From Actinomycetota bacterium (GTDB taxonomy: Bacteria; Actinomycetota; Actinomycetes; Actinomycetales; Dermatophilaceae): DNA of 64,000 nucleotides. The DNA lies in NCBI GenBank assembly GCA_020161845.1, contig JAIUNK010000011.1, forward strand, positions 41,669-105,668. Direction: 5' to 3'. Shown here piece after piece: positions 31,958 through 40,419 of the stretch (positions are counted from its first letter, which is position 1; each line of letters opens with the position of its first letter). The position numbers and the translations under genes were made by a program. The notes under the pieces were generated by a model. That model saw only the letters and a program-made list of their open reading frames with translations. It searched no databases and was not told where the DNA came from.

Positions 31958-32931
31958 GCGCCGTAGTCCAATTCGGGTCCCGCGCACGCCGGGGGCACCG
32001 CAGCAAGCACCCGTTCCCAGGACAGGTAGCGGTGCAGCGCCGCGACCCGACCTACCGCGGGCAGGGCCGCCCGCAGCCGCGCCATCGGTACGTCGTACGC
32101 GTCGGCCCACACCCCCAGGTAGGCGTCCACCACCCCGGTGACTCGCGGGTCGTCGATCGCGCACCTCCACTCCTGCGCCATCACCCGCTCGGGAACCAGC
32201 ACCGAGCACAGCGGATGCCCCCAGAACGCGTCGCCGAGGTCGAAGAACCTCAGCGGGCCGGTGCCCGGCACGAAGGCGTTGTTGGGGTGCAGGTCGTTGT
32301 GCTCCAGGGTGTTCGGCAGGCCAAGGTCGGCGACGGTCGCGGCGGCCGCCGCCATCAGCGGTACCCCCGCGAGCAGCGCTCGCGCGGTCGGGTCGTCGAT
32401 GCGCAGCAGGTGGGCTTCCGGTAGGAGAACGGCTCGGCGTACGGCGTCAGCTGCGACCGTCGGAGCATCGGCCGGGTCGAGGACGGGCAGGCCGGTGGCG
32501 GCCGGTACGTCGGGGTCGGTGGCGAGGTCGAGCTGAAGCGCGGCGTACTGCGTCAGCAGCAGCTCCCACTCGGCCGGGTGGACCGGTCGGCCCTGCGTCC
32601 GCGCGTGTTCGGCCAGGGTGGGGCCGCCGTCCGGGGAGAGCAACCAACCGCGCGACGCCTCGACCGCGAGGGGAGGCAGGACGCGGCCGGGGGAGCGGGC
32701 GTGAATCCGCGCCACCAGGGCCGCCTCGAAGGCGCCGGGCGCACTGTTCTCCTTGAACCAGAGGCGCCCCACGTCCGTGGGCACGGTGAGCTGGGTCGAC
32801 CAGACCCGGATGCGCGGCTGCTCGATGGGCCCGGTCACGGTGCGTCCGGCGCAGGCCAGCCGATCGAGAATCCACGCCTCGGCCTCCCGGCGCCAGTCCG
32901 ACGAGGACCACCAGGTCACGAGATCGCGCAC
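31930..32931 (-). CDS. Aminoglycoside phosphotransferase/choline kinase-fold protein
   Basis: LWFKE (ATP-binding Lys), LEHNDLHPNN (Brenner motif), FFDLGDA..GHP. Confidence 0.85.
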   Translation of the reverse strand: MRDLVTWWSSSDWRREAEAWILDRLACAGRTVTGPIEQPRIRVWSTQLTVPTDVGRLWFKENSAPGAFEAALVARIHARSPGRVLPPLAVEASRGWLLSPDGGPTLAEHARTQGRPVHPAEWELLLTQYAALQLDLATDPDVPAATGLPVLDPADAPTVAADAVRRAVLLPEAHLLRIDDPTARALLAGVPLMAAAAATVADLGLPNTLEHNDLHPNNAFVPGTGPLRFFDLGDAFWGHPLCSVLVPERVMAQEWRCAIDDPRVTGVVDAYLGVWADAYDVPMARLRAALPAVGRVAALHRYLSWERVLAAVPPACAGPELDYGAQWLRHALT

Positions 32932-33011
32932 GTCGGGTAGTGAATACGGTCTAGCGCCGCCACGTCCACCGGTTTCCGTCCGCGGCCCCTCCCGGCGCGG
33001 CGCGCACGTCC

Positions 33012-33081
33012 TGTGGGTGCGGATGTGGGCGCATAACCTGCTGCTATCGCGACGACTTCGGTGCCCAGAGCCGCACCCACA
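33012..33081. repeat. Dispersed 70-bp palindromic element, copy B
   Basis: Perfect 11-bp terminal inverted repeat TGTGGGTGCGG...CCGCACCCACA; abuts the sucrase-ferredoxin stop codon. Confidence 0.7.
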
Positions 33082-34077
33082 TCATGGATCCACCACGGGG
33101 TCGATGTGCCCGATGGGGTCGACGGGGTCGATGTGCCCGACGGGGTCGATGTGCTCGACGTGGTCGACGATCGGTACGGCGGCGCGGCTCGGCGCCGTGG
33201 CCGCACAGGTGAGCAATTCGGCGCGGCGGATCTCGTTGTGCCCGTGCACGACTGCGGCGAGCCGGCCGTCGAGAAGGATCTCGCGGCTCCAGCCGCCCGC
33301 TCGTCGGGCCTGCGCTCGGGCGGGTGCTGCCGCCTCGGAACCGGCCCGTCGGGGCCGGGCGGTCAGGCGGGCCCGATCCCAGGGGAGTACGCCCAGTTCC
33401 GGCGCGACCGCCAGGAGCGTCACCTGATCCTGCGGCGATCGGCCGGTGACGCCGCGCAGGTGGGCGACGTCCGGTACGCCGCGCCGGTGCGCCGCCACCA
33501 CGTCGGCGGCGACACCGGGGTCGAGCCCGCCGTAGCACGCCCCGTCGGGCAGGACGATCATGTTGGCCGCGAACCGGTCGCCCCCGGTGTGGGTGGTCTC
33601 CCAGACGGAGTCCGGCTGCTCGGCCGCCAGGGCCGCCGCGACCGGCCGGCCCCGGACCGCGCAACACACGTCGTGGCGGCCGTTCGTGCACACCAGCATG
33701 ATCGGCTCGCCGGGCCCGGTGGGGACGGGGTTGGCCAACGCCGAAAAGACCGCCGCCCACCCCTGCGCCAGCGTGCCCCACACCTGACCGGCCGGCGGCC
33801 CGGTGTCGACGACGGCCCAGCGGCGATCCGCGCCGTCGGCCCGGTGGTCGCTGGGTCGCGCCCCCGGACGGCGTACCAGCTGCAACCGCGCCCCCACGGA
33901 CTCCAGCCCCCGGCGCAACTCCGCCCGATCGGGGATCGGGAGCCCGGCGAGCGACTCCAGCGCGTCGCGGCCCCAGCCGGCCGATTGCTCGATCAGCAAC
34001 CACCGACGGGCCGGGGGAGCGGTGCCGATGAGCGGGTCGCCGCGGTCCCGCGCGGCATCGGAGCAGCGCGGACGCAT
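33082..34077 (-). CDS. Sucrase/ferredoxin-like (thioredoxin-like [2Fe-2S]) protein
   Basis: WLLIEQ...WGRDAL, LVCTNGRHDVCCAVRG (C-x8-C), WETTHTGGDRFAAN; TGATG coupling to the JmjC gene. Confidence 0.9.
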   Translation of the reverse strand: MRPRCSDAARDRGDPLIGTAPPARRWLLIEQSAGWGRDALESLAGLPIPDRAELRRGLESVGARLQLVRRPGARPSDHRADGADRRWAVVDTGPPAGQVWGTLAQGWAAVFSALANPVPTGPGEPIMLVCTNGRHDVCCAVRGRPVAAALAAEQPDSVWETTHTGGDRFAANMIVLPDGACYGGLDPGVAADVVAAHRRGVPDVAHLRGVTGRSPQDQVTLLAVAPELGVLPWDRARLTARPRRAGSEAAAPARAQARRAGGWSREILLDGRLAAVVHGHNEIRRAELLTCAATAPSRAAVPIVDHVEHIDPVGHIDPVDPIGHIDPVVDP

Positions 34078-35414
34078 CAGTCGACCACCGCGATGCCGTC
34101 GACGACCAGGCGCCGGGCGAGCCTGCCCGACGCGGCCTCCTCGCCCGGTACCAGCTCAGCGACCCGGACCGGTTCGCCGGCGAGCAGGCGAGCGACGGCG
34201 CCTTGCGCGGCGGCCGGCACGGGGGTGCGGCCGGCGCGGGACCGTACGACGAGGGCGGCCGAGCTGTCCGGCCCGCTCGACTCGAGGGTCGCCATCAGGT
34301 GGCCGCGCAGCCGCAGCGCATCGGTGGCGGTCAGGGTATCGGCTGCGGCCAGCTGCTCCAGCACGGGCCGAGGTTCGGGGCGCTGGGCCGCTCGGGCCGT
34401 GGCACCGAGCGCGGCGGCAATCGTCGCCGCGGGAAGCTCGTCCACGGCGCGCCGCAGGGCCTGCCTGACCATCGCCACCGCGGCCTCGGCCTCGGCCTCT
34501 GCAGGTTGGCAGGGCGGTTCCGCCGCCATATGGAGCCCGGGGTCGAGCCCGGGGTCGAGCCCGGGATCGATGCCGACATCGATCCCCACCGGCAGGCTCT
34601 CCCGCAGCCGGACGTCCTCGGCGAGGGTGCGGCGGACCTGCTGCAGGAGCGCGTCGGCGAGGTGCATCCGGGTCCAGGTGTGAATGCCGATCGTGAGGTG
34701 GATCGAGATCTGGTCGGAGGCCGTGGCGGAGTGCAGGTAACCGCGCGGCAGGTACAGCACGTCCCCGCGACGCAACTCGACGGCCAGGTCTGGGTCGCCG
34801 GTGGCGGCCTCGGCAACGGCCGCACGGTGCTGCTCCCAGGGCTGGTCGCGCAGCGGGTGCGGCCACACCGGGCGGTGGACCCGCCACCGCTTGGCGCCGT
34901 GCACCTGGACGACGAAGACGTCGTGGATGTCGTAGTGCGCGGCGAACCCCTGGTGGCCGGGCGGCGTGACATAGGCGTTGACCTGCACCGGGTGGCCCAG
35001 CTCCGCCGCGAGCGACTGCGCCAGGTCGACGACGGGGGGCCAGGTGCGATGCAGCCCCTGCAGCACGATGGTGGCGCCGTCGTCGAAGCGGCGTCGTACG
35101 GCGTCCTCATCGACCTGATCGCCGATGCCGGCGCCGACGCCGCCACCGATCGTGTAGTCGCGCTCCGGGAGCGGGTGGCCCGCCTGCGCCATCCGCAGGA
35201 ATGGGGTGCGCAGCCCACGGCGGGTGAGCAGATCGTCGACGGCGGCGGGGGAGAAGAGCTCGGCGGTCTCCTCCGAGTGCGCGTCCCGTTCCGAGGCGGT
35301 GACCAGCAGCGGCGTACGGCCCCAGTGGTCACGAACGAACTGCTCGCGCCGAGACGCGAGCAGTCGTTCGAGCGGGCCGATCGGACCCGGGCCGGCGGAC
35401 CGGCCGGGCGGCAT
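34077..35414 (-). CDS. JmjC/cupin_4 2OG-Fe(II) hydroxylase (NO66/MINA53/YcfD-like)
   Basis: VNAYVTP, GFAAHYDIHDVFVVQVHGAKRW (HxD plus 2OG-binding Lys), GDVLYLPRGYLHSA (distal His), C-terminal extension. Confidence 0.92.
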   Translation of the reverse strand: MPPGRSAGPGPIGPLERLLASRREQFVRDHWGRTPLLVTASERDAHSEETAELFSPAAVDDLLTRRGLRTPFLRMAQAGHPLPERDYTIGGGVGAGIGDQVDEDAVRRRFDDGATIVLQGLHRTWPPVVDLAQSLAAELGHPVQVNAYVTPPGHQGFAAHYDIHDVFVVQVHGAKRWRVHRPVWPHPLRDQPWEQHRAAVAEAATGDPDLAVELRRGDVLYLPRGYLHSATASDQISIHLTIGIHTWTRMHLADALLQQVRRTLAEDVRLRESLPVGIDVGIDPGLDPGLDPGLHMAAEPPCQPAEAEAEAAVAMVRQALRRAVDELPAATIAAALGATARAAQRPEPRPVLEQLAAADTLTATDALRLRGHLMATLESSGPDSSAALVVRSRAGRTPVPAAAQGAVARLLAGEPVRVAELVPGEEAASGRLARRLVVDGIAVVD

Positions 35415-35716
35415 CAGGCAGGGACTCCGGCGCCGCCGTCGGCACCCTTGTCGGCGCCACCGTCGGCCCCGCCATCCGCGCCACCGTCGGCACCCTTGTC
35501 GGCGCCGCCGTCGGCGCCGCCGTCGGCACCCTTGTCAGCGCCACCGTCGGCACCCTTGTCGGCGCCGCCATCGGCCCCGCCATCCGCACCGCCATCGGCG
35601 CCACGGTCGGCGCCACCGTCACCCTCGCGGCCGCGGACCGCACCCATGTCGGCACCGCCGTCCGCGCCGCCGTCGCCCATCGGGCCCAGAACCTCGTTTT
35701 CGCCGGCGTCCGTCAT
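35414..35716 (-). CDS. Small Gly/Ala/Asp-rich peptide with 19 D-x-G-A repeats
   Basis: AAGGGA SD, ATG at 35716, stop overlapping the JmjC ATG (TGATG); 13 DGGA, 4 DKGA, 1 DRGA, 1 DMGA. Confidence 0.8.
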   Translation of the reverse strand: MTDAGENEVLGPMGDGGADGGADMGAVRGREGDGGADRGADGGADGGADGGADKGADGGADKGADGGADGGADKGADGGADGGADGGADKGADGGAGVPA

Positions 35717-35814
35717 GTCGCCAATCCCTTCGTCGAGCGAATCTGACTACTGTCCGGCCATCCTGGCCTCGTCGTGTGACGCCCGCAACAGCAGCCACGA
35801 AGCCGAACGCCGGA

Positions 35815-36834
35815 TCACGCGTCGATGGCGCCGTACGTGCTCTTCGCTCGCTCCAGGGCCGAGACGTAGCCCGCGCGGCCGTACCCGCTCGTGTCGACGT
35901 CCGCGGGCACGGCGAGCAGCCCGCGGACCGCATCGACCGAGCCGAACCCCTTGCGCTCCAGCCAGTTGTCCAGGCCGGCGACCAACAGCCCGGCGTAGTC
36001 CTCACCCTGGCGGACCAGTGCGGACGTCGTCATCACGACGTCCGCTCCGGCGAGGAGGTAGCGGATCACGTCGTCGGCGGTCTCGACCCCGGTGGTGCCG
36101 GCCAGCGAGGCGCGCACCCGTCCGTGCAGGGCGGCGATCCAGGTCTGCGGCAGCCGGGCCTCCGCGGGCGCCGACAGCTCCAGGCCCGTGTCGACGGTGA
36201 TGGCCTCGATGTCGATCCGGGGCTGGATCCACCGGTTGAACAGCACCAGGCCGTCTGCCCCCGCCGCGTCGAGGCGCATCGCCATCGACCCGAACGAACT
36301 GAAGTAGGGGCTCAGCTTCACCGCCACCGGGATCGAGACGGCCTCCTTGACCAGGCCGAGGATCTCCAGGTGACGCCGCTCGATGATCTCCCCGTCGACC
36401 GTGACGTCGCCCGGCACCAGGAAGACATTGAGCTCCAGCGCCGCGGCCCCGGCGTCCTGCATCTGTCGCCCGAATTGCGCCCAGCTGCCCAGCGTCGAAC
36501 CGTTGATCGAACCGATCACGGGCACGTCCACCGCCCGGACCGCTTGCTCCAGCAAGCGCAGGTAGCGGTCCGACAACCCGGAGTCGTTGGCGGGCACGGT
36601 GGGGAAGTAGGTCAGCGACTCCGCGAACGACTCCTCGTGCACCTCCTCCAGGTAGATGTCCCGGGCCGCCTCGTGGCGCAGCTGCTCTTCGAACAGCGAG
36701 TAGAGCACCACCGCGCCGACGCCCCCGTCGGCGAGCCGGCGCACCCCGTCCACCGTCTGGGACAGCGGCCCGGCCGAGGCCACCACCGGGTTGCGCAGCG
36801 TCAGACCCAGATAACGGGTGGTCAGATCAGGCAC
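35815..36834 (-). CDS. Dihydroorotate dehydrogenase-like FMN protein (PFOR-associated)
   Basis: YLGLTLRNPVVASAGPL, GAVVLYSLFEEQ, PVAVKLSPYF, ADGLVLFNR; lacks the NxSCPN catalytic Cys. Confidence 0.9.
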   Translation of the reverse strand: MPDLTTRYLGLTLRNPVVASAGPLSQTVDGVRRLADGGVGAVVLYSLFEEQLRHEAARDIYLEEVHEESFAESLTYFPTVPANDSGLSDRYLRLLEQAVRAVDVPVIGSINGSTLGSWAQFGRQMQDAGAAALELNVFLVPGDVTVDGEIIERRHLEILGLVKEAVSIPVAVKLSPYFSSFGSMAMRLDAAGADGLVLFNRWIQPRIDIEAITVDTGLELSAPAEARLPQTWIAALHGRVRASLAGTTGVETADDVIRYLLAGADVVMTTSALVRQGEDYAGLLVAGLDNWLERKGFGSVDAVRGLLAVPADVDTSGYGRAGYVSALERAKSTYGAIDA

Positions 36835-36837
36835 GAC

Positions 36838-39800
36838 TCAGCCCTCCTTCCGTGCGTCCGCCGCGAAGTCGTGCGCCTCGCGGGTCGCCATCTGCTCGTA
36901 TTCGGCCCAGCGCCGCGCCACCTGCTGCTGGCCCAGCTGCAACAACCGATCCGCCTCGACGGGATCGGCGCTGGCCAGCATCCGGAAGCGCAGCTCGTTC
37001 TTGTGGTAGTCGTTCAGCGTGATCCGCGGCCGTGGGCTATCCAGCAGGAAGGGGTTCCGGCCGGCGGCACGCAGGATCGGGTTGTAGCGCATCAGCGGCC
37101 AGTGCCCGGAGGCGACCGCCTTGTATTGCTGGTCCAGGCCCTTGCGCATGTCGATGCCGTGGGCGATGCAGTGGCTGTAGGCGATGATCAGGCTCGGCCC
37201 GTCGTAGGCCTCCGCCTCCCGGAACGCCTTGAGCGTCTGCTGCGGGTCGGCGCCCATCGCGACGCGTGCGACGTAGACGTGCCCGTATGCCGCAGCCTGC
37301 ATCGCCAGGTCCTTCTTGGTGGTGGTCTTGCCCGCCGCAGCGAACTTGGCCACCGCACCCAGGGGCGTCGACTTCGAGCTCTGACCACCGGTGTTGGAGT
37401 AGACCTCCGTGTCCATCACCAGCACGTTCACGTCCCGACCCGAGGCCAGCACGTGGTCCAGCCCGCCAGAGCCGATGTCGTAGGCCCAGCCGTCGCCGCC
37501 GACGATCCACACCGAACGGCGTACCAGGTGGTCGACCACCGAGACGAGGTCCTGCACGGCCGTGCCGTCCAACGACTCCAGCCGTTCGCGCAGCCTCTCC
37601 ACCCGGTCCTGTTGGGCGAGGATCTCGTTCTCCCGCTCCTGCGGCGCGGTCAGGATCGCATCGACGAGCTCGGCGCCGACCTGGTGGCGCAGTCCCCGGA
37701 GCCGCTTGCTCGCCAGGCCCGCTTGGAGGTCCGCCGCGAGTCGCATGCCCAGACCGAACTCGGCATTGTCCTCGAAGAGGCTGTTGCTCCAGGCCGGTCC
37801 GCGGCCGGCGGCGTTCTTCGTCCACGGCGTCGTCGGCAGGTTGCCGCCGTAGATGGAGGAGCAGCCGGTCGCGTTCGCGACCATCGCCCGGTCCCCGAAG
37901 AGCTGGGTGAGCAGCTTGACGTACGGCGTCTCGCCACAGCCGCTGCAGGCCCCGGAGAACTCGAACAGCGGTTCCAGGTATTGGATGCCGCGCACGTTGC
38001 CGAAGTCGACCTTGGACCGCGTGTTGACGGGGATCGACTCGAAGAAGGCGATGTTCTCCCGGGCCGGCTCCCGGTCCCGCACCGGCGCCAGGTTGATGGC
38101 CCGCCGGTTCGGCTGCTCGACCGGCTTGACCGGGCAGGCCTCGACGCACAGGCCACAGCCGGTGCAGTCCTCGGCGTACACCTGCAGCGTGTAGTGCTCC
38201 CCGGGGATGCCGGCGGCGTTCAGCGGCGCCGACTCATAACTCTCCGGCGCCCCGTCGAGGTGCTTGGTCCGGAACCGCTTGGCCCGCAGCACCGCGTGCG
38301 GGCACACCATCGAACAGTTGCCGCACTGGATGCAGGCGTCCTTGTCCCAGACGGCGATGATCTCCGAGACATTGCGCTTCTCATAGGCCGTGGTGCCACT
38401 GGGGTAGGTCCCGTCGACCGGCAGGGCGCTCACCGGCAGGTGGTCGCCCCGGCCGATGAGCATCTGCGCGGTGACATCGCGGACGAATTCCGGAGCGTGC
38501 GCTGGCACCGGGGCGAGCAGGTCGTGCTGCGCCGTGACCCCCGAGGGCACCTCGATGCGGTGCAGATTGCTCACCGAGGCATCGACTGCGGCCTCGTTCT
38601 TGGCGACGACCTCCGCGCCGCGCTTGCCGTAGGTCTTGCGGATCGAGGCCTTCACCTTCTCGATCGCCACCTCCTTGGGCAGCACCCCGGAGATCGCGAA
38701 GAAGCAGGTCTGCAGGACCGTGTTGGTGCGCCCGGCCAGGCCCGCCTCGCGGGCGACCGCGGTGGCGTCGATGGCGTAGAGCTCCAGGCCCCGCTCGATG
38801 ATGCCCCGCTGCAGGCTGCTGGGCAGGTTGTCCCAGACGGCCTCCGGCGGGAACGGGGCGTTGATGAGCAGCGTGCCGCCGGGCTTGGCGAACTCCAGGA
38901 TGTCGACCCGCTCCAGGATCGACATGTGATGGCAGCCGACGAAGCTGGCCTGGGAGACCAGGTACGGCGCCCGGATCGGTGCCGGTCCGAAGCGCAGGTG
39001 GCTGACGGTCCGGGAGCCCGACTTCTTGGAGTCGTAGACGAAATACCCCTGGGCGTAGGTGCCCTCGCTCGAGCCCAGGATCTTGATCGTGTTCTTGTTG
39101 GCGCCGACCGTGCCGTCGCTGCCCAGGCCGTAGAACACGGCGCCCACGGTGCCCTCGGGCATGATGTCGAGGTCCTCACCGACCGGCAGCGACAGGTGTG
39201 TCACGTCGTCGGTGATGCCCACCGTGAACCGGGGCCGTGGGGCCTCCGCGGCCAGCTCGTCGTACACCGCGGCCACCATGGCCGGCGTGAACTCCTTGCT
39301 GGAGAGCCCGTAGCGACCCCCGATGACCAGCGGCATCGTCGCGCGCTCGCCGCGGGCCACGGCCTCGCCGAGGGCCGAGGTGATGTCGAGGAACAGCGGC
39401 TCCGCGAGGGCGCCGGGCTCCTTGGTGCGGTCCAGGACCGCGATGCGCCGCGCCGAGGCCGGGAGCGCCCCGATGATCTCGGCCGTCGGGAACGGGCGGT
39501 AGAGGCGGATCTGCAGGACTCCGACGTTGGCGCCGTCCGCATTGAGGCGCTGCGCCGTCGCTGCGGCCGTCTCCGCGCCGGAACCCATGATGACGATGAC
39601 CCGCTCGGCGTCGGGGCTGCCGTGGTAGTCGACCAGGTGGTATTGCCGTCCGGTGCGGGCGGCCAGCCGGTCCATCGCCGACTGCGTGATCCCGGGGACC
39701 TCCTGGTAGAAGGTGTTCGCGGTCTCCCGGGACTGGAAATAGGTGTCCGGGTTCTGCGCGGTCCCGCGGATGAACGGGTTCTCCGGCGACAGCGCTCGGG

Positions 39801-40419
39801 CGCGGTGCGCGCGGACCAGGTCCGTCGAGACGAGTTGGCGCAGGTCCTCGTCGCTGAGCATCTCCAGGGTGTTCAGCTCGTGGCTGGTCCGGAAGCCGTC
39901 GAAGAAGTGCACGAACGGCACCCGCGACTCCAGCGTGGCCAGTTGGGCGACCAGCGCCAGGTCGTGCGCCTCCTGCACCGACGCGCTGGCCAGCATCGCG
40001 AAGCCGGTCTGCCGCACCGCCATGACGTCCTGGTGGTCGCCGAAGATCGACAGGCCCTGGGTGGCCAGGGACCGCGCGGCGACGTGGATGACCGCCGAGG
40101 TCAGCTCGCCGGCGATCTTGTACATGTTCGGGATCATCAACAACAGGCCCTGGCTGGCCGTGAACGTCGTCGACAGGGCGCCGCCCTGCAGCGCGCCGTG
40201 GGTCGCGCCGGCCGCGCCGCCCTCGGACTGCATCTCGACGACCGTCGGCACGGTGCCCCAGACGTTGGTGCGGCCGTGCGCCGACCACTCGTCGGCCAAC
40301 TCCGCCATCGTCGAACTCGGCGTGATCGGATAGATGCTGCACAGCTCGTTCGTGCGATAGGCGACCGAGGCCGCCGCCTCGTTGCCGTCGATGATCGCCC
40401 TGCTCGGTGCTGCGGCCAT
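36838..40419 (-). CDS. nifJ: Pyruvate:ferredoxin (flavodoxin) oxidoreductase, single-chain type
   Basis: IDGNEAAA, IYPITPSSTM, MQSEGGAAG, CIQCGNCSMVCP and CTGCGLCVEACP, FEFSGACSGCGETPY, GGDGWAYDIG (TPP binding). Confidence 0.96.
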   Translation of the reverse strand: MAAAPSRAIIDGNEAAASVAYRTNELCSIYPITPSSTMAELADEWSAHGRTNVWGTVPTVVEMQSEGGAAGATHGALQGGALSTTFTASQGLLLMIPNMYKIAGELTSAVIHVAARSLATQGLSIFGDHQDVMAVRQTGFAMLASASVQEAHDLALVAQLATLESRVPFVHFFDGFRTSHELNTLEMLSDEDLRQLVSTDLVRAHRARALSPENPFIRGTAQNPDTYFQSRETANTFYQEVPGITQSAMDRLAARTGRQYHLVDYHGSPDAERVIVIMGSGAETAAATAQRLNADGANVGVLQIRLYRPFPTAEIIGALPASARRIAVLDRTKEPGALAEPLFLDITSALGEAVARGERATMPLVIGGRYGLSSKEFTPAMVAAVYDELAAEAPRPRFTVGITDDVTHLSLPVGEDLDIMPEGTVGAVFYGLGSDGTVGANKNTIKILGSSEGTYAQGYFVYDSKKSGSRTVSHLRFGPAPIRAPYLVSQASFVGCHHMSILERVDILEFAKPGGTLLINAPFPPEAVWDNLPSSLQRGIIERGLELYAIDATAVAREAGLAGRTNTVLQTCFFAISGVLPKEVAIEKVKASIRKTYGKRGAEVVAKNEAAVDASVSNLHRIEVPSGVTAQHDLLAPVPAHAPEFVRDVTAQMLIGRGDHLPVSALPVDGTYPSGTTAYEKRNVSEIIAVWDKDACIQCGNCSMVCPHAVLRAKRFRTKHLDGAPESYESAPLNAAGIPGEHYTLQVYAEDCTGCGLCVEACPVKPVEQPNRRAINLAPVRDREPARENIAFFESIPVNTRSKVDFGNVRGIQYLEPLFEFSGACSGCGETPYVKLLTQLFGDRAMVANATGCSSIYGGNLPTTPWTKNAAGRGPAWSNSLFEDNAEFGLGMRLAADLQAGLASKRLRGLRHQVGAELVDAILTAPQERENEILAQQDRVERLRERLESLDGTAVQDLVSVVDHLVRRSVWIVGGDGWAYDIGSGGLDHVLASGRDVNVLVMDTEVYSNTGGQSSKSTPLGAVAKFAAAGKTTTKKDLAMQAAAYGHVYVARVAMGADPQQTLKAFREAEAYDGPSLIIAYSHCIAHGIDMRKGLDQQYKAVASGHWPLMRYNPILRAAGRNPFLLDSPRPRITLNDYHKNELRFRMLASADPVEADRLLQLGQQQVARRWAEYEQMATREAHDFAADARKEG

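Noticed and set aside
31930-32931. Aminoglycoside-resistance gene
   Set aside because: The APH fold is present but no specific similarity to characterised APH enzymes was recognised, and there is no mobile context.
35329-35655. Alternative frames of the repeat peptide (APT/RVPT frame on minus, SAPP frame on plus)
   Set aside because: Only the DxGA frame has an SD-led ATG and a stop overlapping the JmjC start; the APT frame runs into the JmjC gene.
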